Source: a virus
Taxonomy: Duplodnaviria; Caudoviricetes
Length of the DNA stretch: 64,000 bases
Virus record (IMG/VR): IMGVR_UViG_2901201504_000001
Coordinates: 1 to 64,000 of that record
Reading direction: 5' to 3' (one strand)
Translations under genes and position numbers: made by a program
Shown: in pieces, positions 1 to 8,877 of the stretch
How positions within the stretch are numbered: position 1 is the stretch's first letter
Layout: each line of letters begins with the position of its first letter
Notes under the pieces: generated by a model
Seen by the model: the letters and a program-made list of their open reading frames with translations, nothing else
Told to the model about the DNA's origin: nothing
Databases searched by the model: none

Positions 1-1032
1 ATGAATCAATCTTTATACAAGCCGACGAGACATTGGAAAGATATAGAGCTTTGGAAAGATGTAACGGATGAGCAATGGAATGATTGGCTTTGGCAGCTAA
101 CTCACACCATTCGTACATTAGATGATTTAAAGAAAGTAATTAATTTAACTCCAGAAGAAGAAGAAGGAGTTTATATATCTACAAAAACCATTCCTCTTAA
201 TATTACACCTTATTATGCATGGCTTATGAACCCTGATAATCCACGTTGTCCAATTAGAATGCAATCGGTTCCAATTGGTAAGGAAATGTATAAAACGAAG
301 TATGATAAAGAAGATCCACTTGAGGAAGACGAGGACAGCCCTGTTCCGGGGTTAACACATCGTTATCCTGATCGTGTCTTATTTCTCGTAACGAATCAAT
401 GCTCAATGTATTGTCGTTATTGTACGAGAAGAAGATTTTCTGGACAAATTGGGATGGGCGTTCCAAAGAAGCAAATTGATGAGGCGATTGCTTATATTCG
501 AAATACTCCAGCTGTTCGTGACGTATTATTATCTGGAGGTGACGGTTTATTAATTAATGATACTATTTTAGAGTACACCATAAAAAATCTACGAGAAATT
601 CCACATGTAGAAATTATCCGAATTGGTACAAGAGCTCCAGTTGTTTTTCCACAGCGTATTACAGAGAACCTATGCAATATCTTAAAAAAGTATCATCCAA
701 TCTGGTTGAATACACATTTCAATACGAGTATTGAAATTACGGAAGAATCCAAGAAAGCATGTGAAATGCTTGCGAATGCAGGAGTTCCTGTTGGCAATCA
801 AGCCGTTATTCTAGCGGGCATTAATGACAGCATCCCGATCATGAAGAAACTCATGCATGATTTAGTGAAAATTCGCGTGCGTCCATATTATATATATCAA
901 TGTGATATGTCGGAAGGAATTAGCCATTTCCGTGCACCTATATCAAAAGGGTTAGAAATTATCGAGGGATTAAGAGGTCATACTAGTGGTTATGCTGTTC
1001 CTACATCGTTTTTTATACACTGTACAGCGTGA
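1..1032 (+). CDS. kamA: 5' fragment of lysine 2,3-aminomutase (KamA), interrupted by prophage; last ~8 codons phage-derived
   Basis: Radical SAM motif CSMYCRYC and KamA-typical PGLTHRYPDRVL and SGYAVPT. The sequence then diverges (SFFIHCTA*) where intact KamA continues into the PLP-lysine motif DAPGGGGK. Confidence 0.95.
   Translation: MNQSLYKPTRHWKDIELWKDVTDEQWNDWLWQLTHTIRTLDDLKKVINLTPEEEEGVYISTKTIPLNITPYYAWLMNPDNPRCPIRMQSVPIGKEMYKTKYDKEDPLEEDEDSPVPGLTHRYPDRVLFLVTNQCSMYCRYCTRRRFSGQIGMGVPKKQIDEAIAYIRNTPAVRDVLLSGGDGLLINDTILEYTIKNLREIPHVEIIRIGTRAPVVFPQRITENLCNILKKYHPIWLNTHFNTSIEITEESKKACEMLANAGVPVGNQAVILAGINDSIPIMKKLMHDLVKIRVRPYYIYQCDMSEGISHFRAPISKGLEIIEGLRGHTSGYAVPTSFFIHCTA
1000..1004. other. 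attL crossover core (CCTAC) of the prophage
   Basis: KamA similarity ends at gttCCTACa, directly upstream of a serine integrase. kamA is the known integration gene of phi3T-type SPbeta relatives. Confidence 0.7.
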
Positions 1033-1083
1033 AATAGATATGTTACTATATCTTCAATTATAGCAAATATGGGGAGATATAGT

Positions 1084-2658
1084 ATGAATGATAATCGCTT
1101 AATAAAACATCTTGCATTATACCTAAGAATAAGTATAGATAAAAAAGATGAGAATGTTGAAACTCTGAAAAACCATCGTGAGATATTAACGGAGTACGCT
1201 AAGAGTCAAGGATATACTTTTGTAGAATACGGAGAAGTTATAAGTGGCGGTAAAACTGAAATCGATGACCGTGTTCAATTAAAAAAATTACTAGAAGATA
1301 TTGAGCAATATGATGCGATATTAGTAATGGAATTGAGTCGTCTATCTAGGAACGGCTTAGTTAGTCAAACTGTAAAACAATATTGCGTTGATTACGATAA
1401 GCCCATAATAACCCCTTATCAAACATACGACTTAGCTAATAGTGAAAATGATCGCCTAATGTTCGATGTAGGGAGCATGATATCAAGTCACGAACATAGT
1501 ATAATCGGCAAACGTTCTAAACTAAACAAAATTCAAATGGTGAAAAGTGGCCTGCATGTTACTGGTAATGTACCATACGGTTATATACGAAATCCGAAAA
1601 CAAAAAAACTAGAAATTGATGAAGAAGCAGCAAAAGTAATTAGATACATTTTCAAACTTCATTCACAAGGATTGGGTAGTTATAGAATAAGAGATATTCT
1701 CAATGAGGAAGGGTACAAGCCAGCAAAAGCTGATTATTTCAATCTACCTTCTATAAAAAGAATCATCCGGAATCCACATTATAAAGGCTGGACTGTAATG
1801 AATGATAGAAAGAAAGTTAAGAAAAATGGGAAATTTGTATATATAAATGTAGATACTATTACAGTAAAGAATACACACCCTGCAATTATTCCTGAAGATG
1901 AGTGGGATAGAGCTAACAAAGACAGAGAAACAAGAATATTGAAAGCAAAAAGTGTACGTGATAAACCTGCAGTTAAAACTGGGGTAACAATGCTAAAAGA
2001 CTTAATTTATTGCGGATGTTGTAGTAGAAAGTTAGAAGTTAGAAAAGATCACAAGAGTGTAACTGGATATGTAATTAGAACGTGCGATAATCTCTTATTA
2101 GAAACAGGGAAAAGATGTAATAATGCAGGCATAAGACTTGTATATGTAGAAGAGAAATTTATTGAAAAATTATCTATATTAAAAAATGAAATTATTGATA
2201 AAATTGAAATACTTGAGCAGCAAGGAGTTAACAATGTTGAAGAAGAGTATTTACAGAGAATTGAACATTTGAAAAAACAATTAAAAGAGATAGATGAGCA
2301 AGATAAAAGACTAATAGATTTGGCTACGGAGGGGTTATTTTCTATAGAACAAATAAAAGAGAAAAAGCAAGAAATAGTTAACAATAGACAATACTTAAAT
2401 GAGCAGTTGGATAAAGTAGAGTTTGACATGAAAAATTTAGTAACTGAAGATAAAATCAAGGAATTAAATACAATTGTTGAAAAGATTGATAAAGTAAAAA
2501 ATGCTTCACCCGAACATGCCAATGAATTATTAAAATCTTTTGTGAAAAGAGTAAATTATAGAAGACCAGTACCTGAACACTTGAAAGATTATCATTCAAA
2601 CACTAAAGAAAGAAGGTCACTAAGAGCTGATGTTGAAGTTGAATTTTACGATGTATAA
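1084..2658 (+). CDS. Large serine recombinase (SprA-like prophage integrase)
   Basis: YLRIS catalytic motif, LSRLSRN, recombinase domain (PYGY), zinc ribbon CGCC..C..C and coiled coil. RBS GGGGAG precedes ATG at 1084. Confidence 0.95.
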   Translation: MNDNRLIKHLALYLRISIDKKDENVETLKNHREILTEYAKSQGYTFVEYGEVISGGKTEIDDRVQLKKLLEDIEQYDAILVMELSRLSRNGLVSQTVKQYCVDYDKPIITPYQTYDLANSENDRLMFDVGSMISSHEHSIIGKRSKLNKIQMVKSGLHVTGNVPYGYIRNPKTKKLEIDEEAAKVIRYIFKLHSQGLGSYRIRDILNEEGYKPAKADYFNLPSIKRIIRNPHYKGWTVMNDRKKVKKNGKFVYINVDTITVKNTHPAIIPEDEWDRANKDRETRILKAKSVRDKPAVKTGVTMLKDLIYCGCCSRKLEVRKDHKSVTGYVIRTCDNLLLETGKRCNNAGIRLVYVEEKFIEKLSILKNEIIDKIEILEQQGVNNVEEEYLQRIEHLKKQLKEIDEQDKRLIDLATEGLFSIEQIKEKKQEIVNNRQYLNEQLDKVEFDMKNLVTEDKIKELNTIVEKIDKVKNASPEHANELLKSFVKRVNYRRPVPEHLKDYHSNTKERRSLRADVEVEFYDV

Positions 2659-2712
2659 AATTTCTCATTAACCACATACTAATATTGCAGCGTGTAGCCT
2701 CCTCATGATTTT

Positions 2713-2744
2713 GAGACAGAATCTTCATTTTCTGTCTCTTTTTT
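2713..2744 (+). terminator. Intrinsic terminator after integrase
   Basis: GAGACAGAA-loop-TTCTGTCTC followed by T-tract. Confidence 0.75.
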
Positions 2745-2952
2745 GTGCGCTCTACTAAATCTAACCTTTAAAAAACCCTAATAAATAAAGGACTTTTTCC
2801 TCTTCATTTCACAATAAAAGTGTAATTTTATTTGGATGTGTACAAAACATAAGGAATGATAATTCAGATAATAATTGTTTTAGTTAATTTTCTACTTGTG
2901 GAAGTGTAATTGATGGATTTAAGACTCACTCTACGGGGTGAGTTTTTTAATC

Positions 2953-2996
2953 TTGAAATAGAACATACATTCGATTATAATAAGAACATATATTCG
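2953..2996 (+). promoter_or_regulatory. sigmaA promoter overlapped by two LexA/DinR SOS boxes
   Basis: TTGAAA(2953)-17-TATAAT(2976). AGAACATACATTCG (2960-2973) and AGAACATATATTCG (2983-2996) resemble CGAAC-N4-GTTCG. Confidence 0.85.
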
Positions 2997-3014
2997 TATA
3001 AGGTGGGAGATTAG

Positions 3015-3326
3015 ATGGGAATTGAGAAGTATGTAGATAGAGGGATGTTAAAGTGGCAACCAGCTTCATTCATAATTGAACAAAAAGATTTGCTTGATGA
3101 AGCTTATCGTAATTTCTATAAGAAACCTAAGCCGATATTAGATGATGACCAATTAGAGGAATTTAATATAAAAATTACAATTTGGGTAGGTGGATTTGAG
3201 GAGATATATAGAGGGAATATTCAATGTATTGATGAGATTAATAAGAAGATCAAAATGATAGAGGATAATGGAGATTTTAAAATAATTTATACTGATGAGA
3301 TCATTTCTGTTATTGTTGAGGAGTAA
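3015..3326 (+). CDS. yolD: YolD-like protein
   Basis: DRGMLKWQP...KPKPILDDDQLEE signature; SOS-regulated as for yolD. Confidence 0.85.
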   Translation: MGIEKYVDRGMLKWQPASFIIEQKDLLDEAYRNFYKKPKPILDDDQLEEFNIKITIWVGGFEEIYRGNIQCIDEINKKIKMIEDNGDFKIIYTDEIISVIVEE

Positions 3327-3349
3327 ATATGAGTCAGATAAGAAAAAGT

Positions 3350-3381
3350 AAAAGCCCATTTACCATTAGAGTGGGCTTTTG
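3350..3381. terminator. Bidirectional terminator between convergent genes
   Basis: AAAAGCCCA...TGGGCTTTT inverted repeat with A/T tails. Confidence 0.75.
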
Positions 3382-3416
3382 CCAATAGCTTTGTTCGATT
3401 ACTCTTAAGTAATATT

Positions 3417-3713
3417 TCATAACAATGGTGATACGATTATTTGATTTGTATTGCTTGAAAACTTATTTCCGTTTGAAAAACGCACTGTTATTTGAATAGA
3501 ATATCTACCTTCAGTTTTAATATCTTCTTCATTAAGCACAATTTGACACTTTCCATTTTCATGTTCAGTTATAGTAGCTTCTTTTTTGAAAATATTACTA
3601 CCTTTTTTAATAGTAACTGTTACAGTAGCATCAACTAACGATACAACGTCATTACTGTCTTTTACAATAAACGAAACAATCGTCCCGTTATCTCCTACAT
3701 ATATGTTAGACAT
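3417..3713 (-). CDS. BppU-like baseplate upper/Ig-like accessory virion protein
   Basis: VGDNGT...GKCQIVL...GRYSIQITVRF pattern typical of BppU N-terminal domain. Confidence 0.65.
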   Translation of the reverse strand: MSNIYVGDNGTIVSFIVKDSNDVVSLVDATVTVTIKKGSNIFKKEATITEHENGKCQIVLNEEDIKTEGRYSIQITVRFSNGNKFSSNTNQIIVSPLL

Positions 3714-3729
3714 TTATATTTACACCCTC

Positions 3730-5115
3730 CTAAATAAAAGCATCGAATTCTAACGATTTTTTAATGGTTGTTTCAAAATCAATTTTCATTTTAATAAAAT
3801 CTTCTACTTCAACTTTTCTCTTTATAAAGAAGTCTAAGTTAATTTCATTTGTATAATTGTTTCCATACTTATAAATAACTTGCTTGGTTGATAATTCTGA
3901 ATTTTCAGATGTGAAAATGTTAGCATTTATTAGCATCTCTTTTTTACCTGCTTTATAAATTACATTTTTAAATTTAACTAATTTAATTGAATCATTAAAA
4001 ATAACTTGTTTTATCGGATAATCAATATAATTAACTTCGATTTTGTGGATAATTATTTTTAAGTTAGCGTTAACATCAGAACGGATAAACATTTCTTGTT
4101 TTGTATTTACATCCTTAGTTCTCACCTGATAAATTACTAACTGTGTCTGTAAATCATACTGAGATGCTTTATAAATATTCAATTTAACACTTTTAGAAAT
4201 TTGATCGTTTTTATAAAGAATCTGTTTTAAATCAAATTCAATGTTAGATTGTTTAGAAATTACTTGTTTAGATTTCAGATTCATTACTACAGCTTTGAAA
4301 ATAATTTGCTTTGATTTAACACTTGTTTCTGAAGTCTTTAAGATAATTTGTTTTGATTTTAATTGATTATCGCCACTTTTAAAGATTGTTTGTTTTGTTT
4401 TATACTGTGTATTGTTACTTTTACTAATAATCTGCTTTGTTTTAAAAGTAGCTGTTTTTGGTGTGCCTGCATTTACCCCTAATTCTCTCTTAACAGCATA
4501 ATTTTCTAGTATTTCAGATGTACTTAAGACACGATTGTATATTCTTAAATTGTCTATCACTCCAATTGGAGTGTATAAAGATTCAAACGAACCTATTCTT
4601 ATGTTGTCGCTTATAATTCCAGAGAACGTTACACCGACTGCTCCGTCTAATAACTTAACACCATTTTGATAGATTGATGTTTTATCAGAATCTATCGCTA
4701 ATGCAAAATAACTGCCGTTATTTGTTGTAATAGGAGTAGGTAGTGTTAAAGTTTCTGTTAGCGTGCTGCCATAGTAATTATAAAAAATGCGAATTGATTT
4801 TCCATCAATATTAACACTAAAAAAACGCTGATTTGTGCCAAAATAAAAAATATCTGAATTAGTTACGACATTTGTATAAAATTCAATCGTTAAACGTGAT
4901 AATGATGATAGAGGCATGTTGTTAATCTCTACGTGTGCTACTCCACCAGTATTCGTAAAGTAAGAACCATCAGCAGTTAGTGTTATATTGCCATTTATAG
5001 TTCCGTTATATAAGCCTGTTGTTGACGATGAAATATTATTCCACTTTTTTGCAACTTGATCAAAACCTTGCTTACTGTTGTAATATGCCAACAAGCCATT
5101 TTCAACTATAGGCAT
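3730..5115 (-). CDS. LamG/ConA-like lectin domain protein with 14-aa C-terminal repeats (accessory fibre)
   Basis: GLLAYY...GVIDNLRIYNRVLS LamG signature; about ten KxKQxIxK repeats with 14-aa period. Confidence 0.7.
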   Translation of the reverse strand: MPIVENGLLAYYNSKQGFDQVAKKWNNISSSTTGLYNGTINGNITLTADGSYFTNTGGVAHVEINNMPLSSLSRLTIEFYTNVVTNSDIFYFGTNQRFFSVNIDGKSIRIFYNYYGSTLTETLTLPTPITTNNGSYFALAIDSDKTSIYQNGVKLLDGAVGVTFSGIISDNIRIGSFESLYTPIGVIDNLRIYNRVLSTSEILENYAVKRELGVNAGTPKTATFKTKQIISKSNNTQYKTKQTIFKSGDNQLKSKQIILKTSETSVKSKQIIFKAVVMNLKSKQVISKQSNIEFDLKQILYKNDQISKSVKLNIYKASQYDLQTQLVIYQVRTKDVNTKQEMFIRSDVNANLKIIIHKIEVNYIDYPIKQVIFNDSIKLVKFKNVIYKAGKKEMLINANIFTSENSELSTKQVIYKYGNNYTNEINLDFFIKRKVEVEDFIKMKIDFETTIKKSLEFDAFI

Positions 5116-5118
5116 AAT

Positions 5119-5499
5119 CTACACCACAAATTCATTAAAAGCGATTCTAACAGCTAAATCCGTTTTGTTTTGTGCACCCGTTACATTAGCACTTGTTACT
5201 TTCACCCAAAAAGGCTTTGCTACTGCACTATCTGAAATATTAGCCATATTTAAAGTGGAATTATATGTTCCTGCTACACCTCCACTATCTGCTGCAAACT
5301 TAATCCAACTACTTTCATCCGAACCAGATGTATCTACTGCGGATAATACAATACCTTCATAACGAAAAGTAGCAGCATCATTAAATAACCAAACTTTAAC
5401 TTCTTTCGCTTCACCAGTGTTAATATGTTGTGTTGTGATTGGGTTTACATCTGTAACGATATCAGTCAATCCTATATTTTTCGATAGTTTTAATGCCAT
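5119..5499 (-). CDS. Beta-rich phage structural protein, hypothetical
   Basis: Strong RBS AAAGGAGG; co-transcribed with the LamG and BppU-like genes. Confidence 0.6.
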   Translation of the reverse strand: MALKLSKNIGLTDIVTDVNPITTQHINTGEAKEVKVWLFNDAATFRYEGIVLSAVDTSGSDESSWIKFAADSGGVAGTYNSTLNMANISDSAVAKPFWVKVTSANVTGAQNKTDLAVRIAFNEFVV

Positions 5500-5649
5500 G
5501 ATATTTCCTCCTTTAAAATAAAAAAATAGCCACTAAGTATACAATTCACTCAGTGGCTTAAGATAGTGTAAAACTGTTACTATTGATCTGGAGATAGCAA
5601 CATCTTAATTATAATATTAGGTAATTGTACCTGTAAATACCAATTACCT

Positions 5650-6924
5650 TTATACTTCCTTAATGTATGATATGTAACCGTATTTTTCCTTAAACATAGA
5701 TTGGGCTTTCTCTGCAGATTCCAATCCTATAAATGCACCAGTTTGTAATCTTAAGCCATTACTTTCAATCTCGTAAATTGTCCAACCAGTATCTTTACGT
5801 ACTTTATCAGCCACTTCTTTTTGTTGCTTTTTATCTTTAAAAGTACCAGTTGAAACTCTATATTTACGTGTGTCTTTATTTACTGGCTTAGGGGAGGAGG
5901 ATTGTTCAATAGATTTGTTTGTCAGAGATGTAGCAATAGCACGACAAATAGAATCAAAGTTCGAATTGTATAATTTAGCATCAATAGAAGAGTCAACAAA
6001 ACAAACTTCAATTAAAAGAGCCGGTTTATCAGTACCACTCAAGAATCCTAAATTTGTTCTTTTTTTAGCTCCACGATTTTTCAATCCACTTACATCTGCT
6101 ATAGATTTAGATACTTTATCCGCCAATGCTTTCATATCATCACTATAATATAAAACTTCTACTCCTCTAGCTTCATTTGTCTTACTTGCTGCATTAAAGT
6201 GAACAGATACATCCATTTCTCTATTTTTAGAGTTGTGATATTTAACTATAGTGTTTATATTGTTTGTTTGAGTAGTGGAAGTGTTATCGTGGAATTCATG
6301 AACAGTACATTCGAGTTGTTTCAAATATATAGCAACTTTAGAAATAACTTTTCTCGCTTCATTTACTTCATCTAAAATTGATGCTGCACCACGTACTTTA
6401 AGAGAGTGTCCAGAAGAAACTACGAATTTATTCATTGTATCACCATTCCTTTCCATCTTAATAACGAAGTCATCCAATTGGTACAACTTATTCGATTCAA
6501 TAACTCCGACTATTTTACTTGCATACTGTGGATCAGTTGCATAACCAGCTTTATGTATTTCTGTAATAGCTTTTTTGTAATCAGTTTCACCAATAGCTTT
6601 TTTATATCTTGAATTCTCAACAAAAAACAATCCGTGGTCTTCGATACAATCTGACCACGAATCATATTTACGAAACTTAGCGTTTACAGTTATTTGTTTG
6701 CCATCTTTATATTCTTCAGTAGGCAGAGTAATTGTTTTTCCACGCCAAGAAGAATTAGCTTTTATTCCAAATAGATTATTACCTTCCAATGCTAATTCGG
6801 AACATCCCCATTTTGATTCTAATATACCTTGCGCAGCCACAATGGAAGGGAGGACTTGATACTTTGTCCATGTGTTCAAAGCTCCTTGTTTTATCTGTGA
6901 CAAGAAAACTTCTTTACTTTTCAT
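5650..6924 (-). CDS. Endolysin: GH73 glucosaminidase + Amidase_3 + SPOR-like binding domain
   Basis: AQGILESKWG/NNLFGIKA/GYATDPQY (GH73); SGH..VSVHFNA..LIEVCFVDS (amidase_3); YRVSTGTF...LQTGAF (SPOR-like). Confidence 0.9.
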   Translation of the reverse strand: MKSKEVFLSQIKQGALNTWTKYQVLPSIVAAQGILESKWGCSELALEGNNLFGIKANSSWRGKTITLPTEEYKDGKQITVNAKFRKYDSWSDCIEDHGLFFVENSRYKKAIGETDYKKAITEIHKAGYATDPQYASKIVGVIESNKLYQLDDFVIKMERNGDTMNKFVVSSGHSLKVRGAASILDEVNEARKVISKVAIYLKQLECTVHEFHDNTSTTQTNNINTIVKYHNSKNREMDVSVHFNAASKTNEARGVEVLYYSDDMKALADKVSKSIADVSGLKNRGAKKRTNLGFLSGTDKPALLIEVCFVDSSIDAKLYNSNFDSICRAIATSLTNKSIEQSSSPKPVNKDTRKYRVSTGTFKDKKQQKEVADKVRKDTGWTIYEIESNGLRLQTGAFIGLESAEKAQSMFKEKYGYISYIKEV

Positions 6925-7273
6925 TCAGTTCACCAGTTATTAATTCTTTTACAGCTTTATTGCTTACAAGCATTTTTCTCATTCTGTCTAAAGCTTCATC
7001 TACTAGTACGCTAAATACTTCAAAACTAATCAGTCTTGAAGTCCATTTGAATTTATTGATGAACATATCATAAACAAAACGTAATTTAATTTGTCCTGTG
7101 CCATTTTGGAATTCTTTTTCTGCAAGTGTAACAGCATATAGTAACCATTCTTTAACTTTATCTAACTGCTTATTAGTAGGTAGTTTAAAGAAATTAAAAA
7201 TAGCACTTCCTAGTAGAACTAAGAGTGCTGTTAATGCGACAACAGTAACCCAATTTTCAATTAACCAATTCAT
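6914..7273 (-). CDS. Putative holin (LL-H-like)
   Basis: N-terminal TM, LLYAVTLAEKEF..GTGQIKLRFVY motif, adjacent to endolysin. Confidence 0.7.
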   Translation of the reverse strand: MNWLIENWVTVVALTALLVLLGSAIFNFFKLPTNKQLDKVKEWLLYAVTLAEKEFQNGTGQIKLRFVYDMFINKFKWTSRLISFEVFSVLVDEALDRMRKMLVSNKAVKELITGELNEK

Positions 7274-7584
7274 TAAACTTCATCCTCCATTTCAATTGAT
7301 TCTGTGTCTTTCTTTCGATTAGCAAAAGACTCAACGGCTTGTACGCCCATTACTCCACCTACAACTGTCATAAGTACGGGAACAATCATCTCAAGTAGTG
7401 ACAGAAACATTTTGTCAATTTCTTGATGAAACAGTACCATGATTAATCCTATAGTTACGAAGACAAAGAAGATAGAAGTAGAGAGAATGAGTAAATAATC
7501 TTTTGCACTTAGACCATCATTATCATTTAAGAAGGTAACATATCCATCTTTAACAATTGCTTTCTTTTTTCTTGGTCTAGCCAT
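7273..7584 (-). CDS. Two-TM lysis-associated membrane protein (holin-like)
   Basis: Two hydrophobic segments; located in lysis cassette. Confidence 0.6.
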   Translation of the reverse strand: MARPRKKKAIVKDGYVTFLNDNDGLSAKDYLLILSTSIFFVFVTIGLIMVLFHQEIDKMFLSLLEMIVPVLMTVVGGVMGVQAVESFANRKKDTESIEMEDEV

Positions 7585-7597
7585 AAATAATCACATC

Positions 7598-8023
7598 CTA
7601 TTGTTTTAGACCTAAAGCTATGTATGCATACAAAGTGACAGCTCCAATAATTACAGTACTAACTAATCCTAAGAACCATATAATCGTTTTCTTTGGTAAG
7701 CCACTTAAATCTAAAGTTGAATTTTTCTTACGTTCTTTTTGTTCATGTTCAACTATTTCAACACGGCTTCCAATTTCACTAATATCTTTTTGCATTTGAT
7801 GTTGGGTTGAGTTTAAATTTGATAAATTATCATTCATACCTTGAAGGGTAGTAGTAATACGTTCCATTTGTTCATTTTGCTTTTCATCACGTTCTTCTTG
7901 TTTCTGTAAAAGAGTCGCCATGATTGCAAGACTCTCATTTTTTGCGATTTGTCCTTTTAGCAATTCCTCATGTCTTTCAACAATTGTTTCTACTTTAACA
8001 ACTCTTTCATTTAATTCGGACAA
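7598..8023 (-). CDS. Coiled-coil protein with C-terminal TM (XhlA/BhlA-like lysis protein)
   Basis: ERVVKVE start, coiled coil, C-terminal TM; first gene of the lysis cassette. Confidence 0.55.
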   Translation of the reverse strand: MSELNERVVKVETIVERHEELLKGQIAKNESLAIMATLLQKQEERDEKQNEQMERITTTLQGMNDNLSNLNSTQHQMQKDISEIGSRVEIVEHEQKERKKNSTLDLSGLPKKTIIWFLGLVSTVIIGAVTLYAYIALGLKQ

Positions 8024-8191
8024 CGGTGCTCACTCCTAGTTCAAAAAATTAATTTACATATATCAACTCCTTGTTTATAATGAAGTTGATACTTAGTATC
8101 AAAAAAAGAGACTATTCCTGTTTTCTTAGGCCGGGCAAGATAGTCTCTTTTTATTTTGTTAATTACTTAAAATAAGTCATAAAAAATACGC

Positions 8192-8419
8192 TTATTCAGC
8201 GCTTGTTTGTGTTTTTGTAAATGAAAGTGTTGCATCATATTCTTCTTGAGTAATATATTGTCCCACTAAAGCTTTATCAATATCTGAAAGAGTGTACGTA
8301 TCAGCCACATGCATTTTTACTGGATCATGATAATCTACAGGGATTGTAGAAAATGTACGATTACCGTATTTATAAATATTTACACCATATGCCTTTACTA
8401 ATAAATTATGAACTGCCAT
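8192..8419 (-). CDS. XkdX-like small tail-associated protein
   Basis: C-terminal GQYITQEEY motif; follows XkdW-like gene. Confidence 0.55.
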   Translation of the reverse strand: MAVHNLLVKAYGVNIYKYGNRTFSTIPVDYHDPVKMHVADTYTLSDIDKALVGQYITQEEYDATLSFTKTQTSAE

Positions 8420-8432
8420 TATTAAATTCCTC

Positions 8433-8864
8433 CTAAACTAAATTGTTTTCCATAAATTCAAGTAACATTGCGTTTGTGTTAGCTAAATCTTGCTTGAGTG
8501 CTTCGTTTTCCTGCTTTAAAATGAAGGTTTTATTAGTTAAATCTTCTATAGTTGGTTTCTTAAATTGTTCACTTAAATCTATTAAACCTTCTGGTAATGT
8601 ATCACCATAGGTATATTTGTTTCCTTGTGAATCTTCTAACCATTTGGTGATTTTAGGCACTTCAACACCTTCAATAATTTCAATCAATTTTTGTTCTTCT
8701 TTATATAGAAGACCTTCAACTACAATTACACTGATTTCATTTTCGTTATAACCGTCAGCACTACCGCCCTTAAATTCAATTTTTGATGTCTGTACGCTAG
8801 TGATGTTATTAAAAATTTGATGTATTGTATTATCATTTTTAAAAAATAAAATTCCAATTGCCAT
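8433..8864 (-). CDS. XkdW-like tail fibre chaperone
   Basis: C-terminal LKQENEALKQDLANTNAMLLEFME coiled coil; directly after the tail fibre gene. Confidence 0.5.
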   Translation of the reverse strand: MAIGILFFKNDNTIHQIFNNITSVQTSKIEFKGGSADGYNENEISVIVVEGLLYKEEQKLIEIIEGVEVPKITKWLEDSQGNKYTYGDTLPEGLIDLSEQFKKPTIEDLTNKTFILKQENEALKQDLANTNAMLLEFMENNLV

Positions 8865-8877
8865 TTCTTACTCTCCT

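Noticed and set aside
1000-1032. kamA truncation as simple decay or assembly error
   Set aside because: The breakpoint abuts a serine integrase and matches a known phage integration gene.
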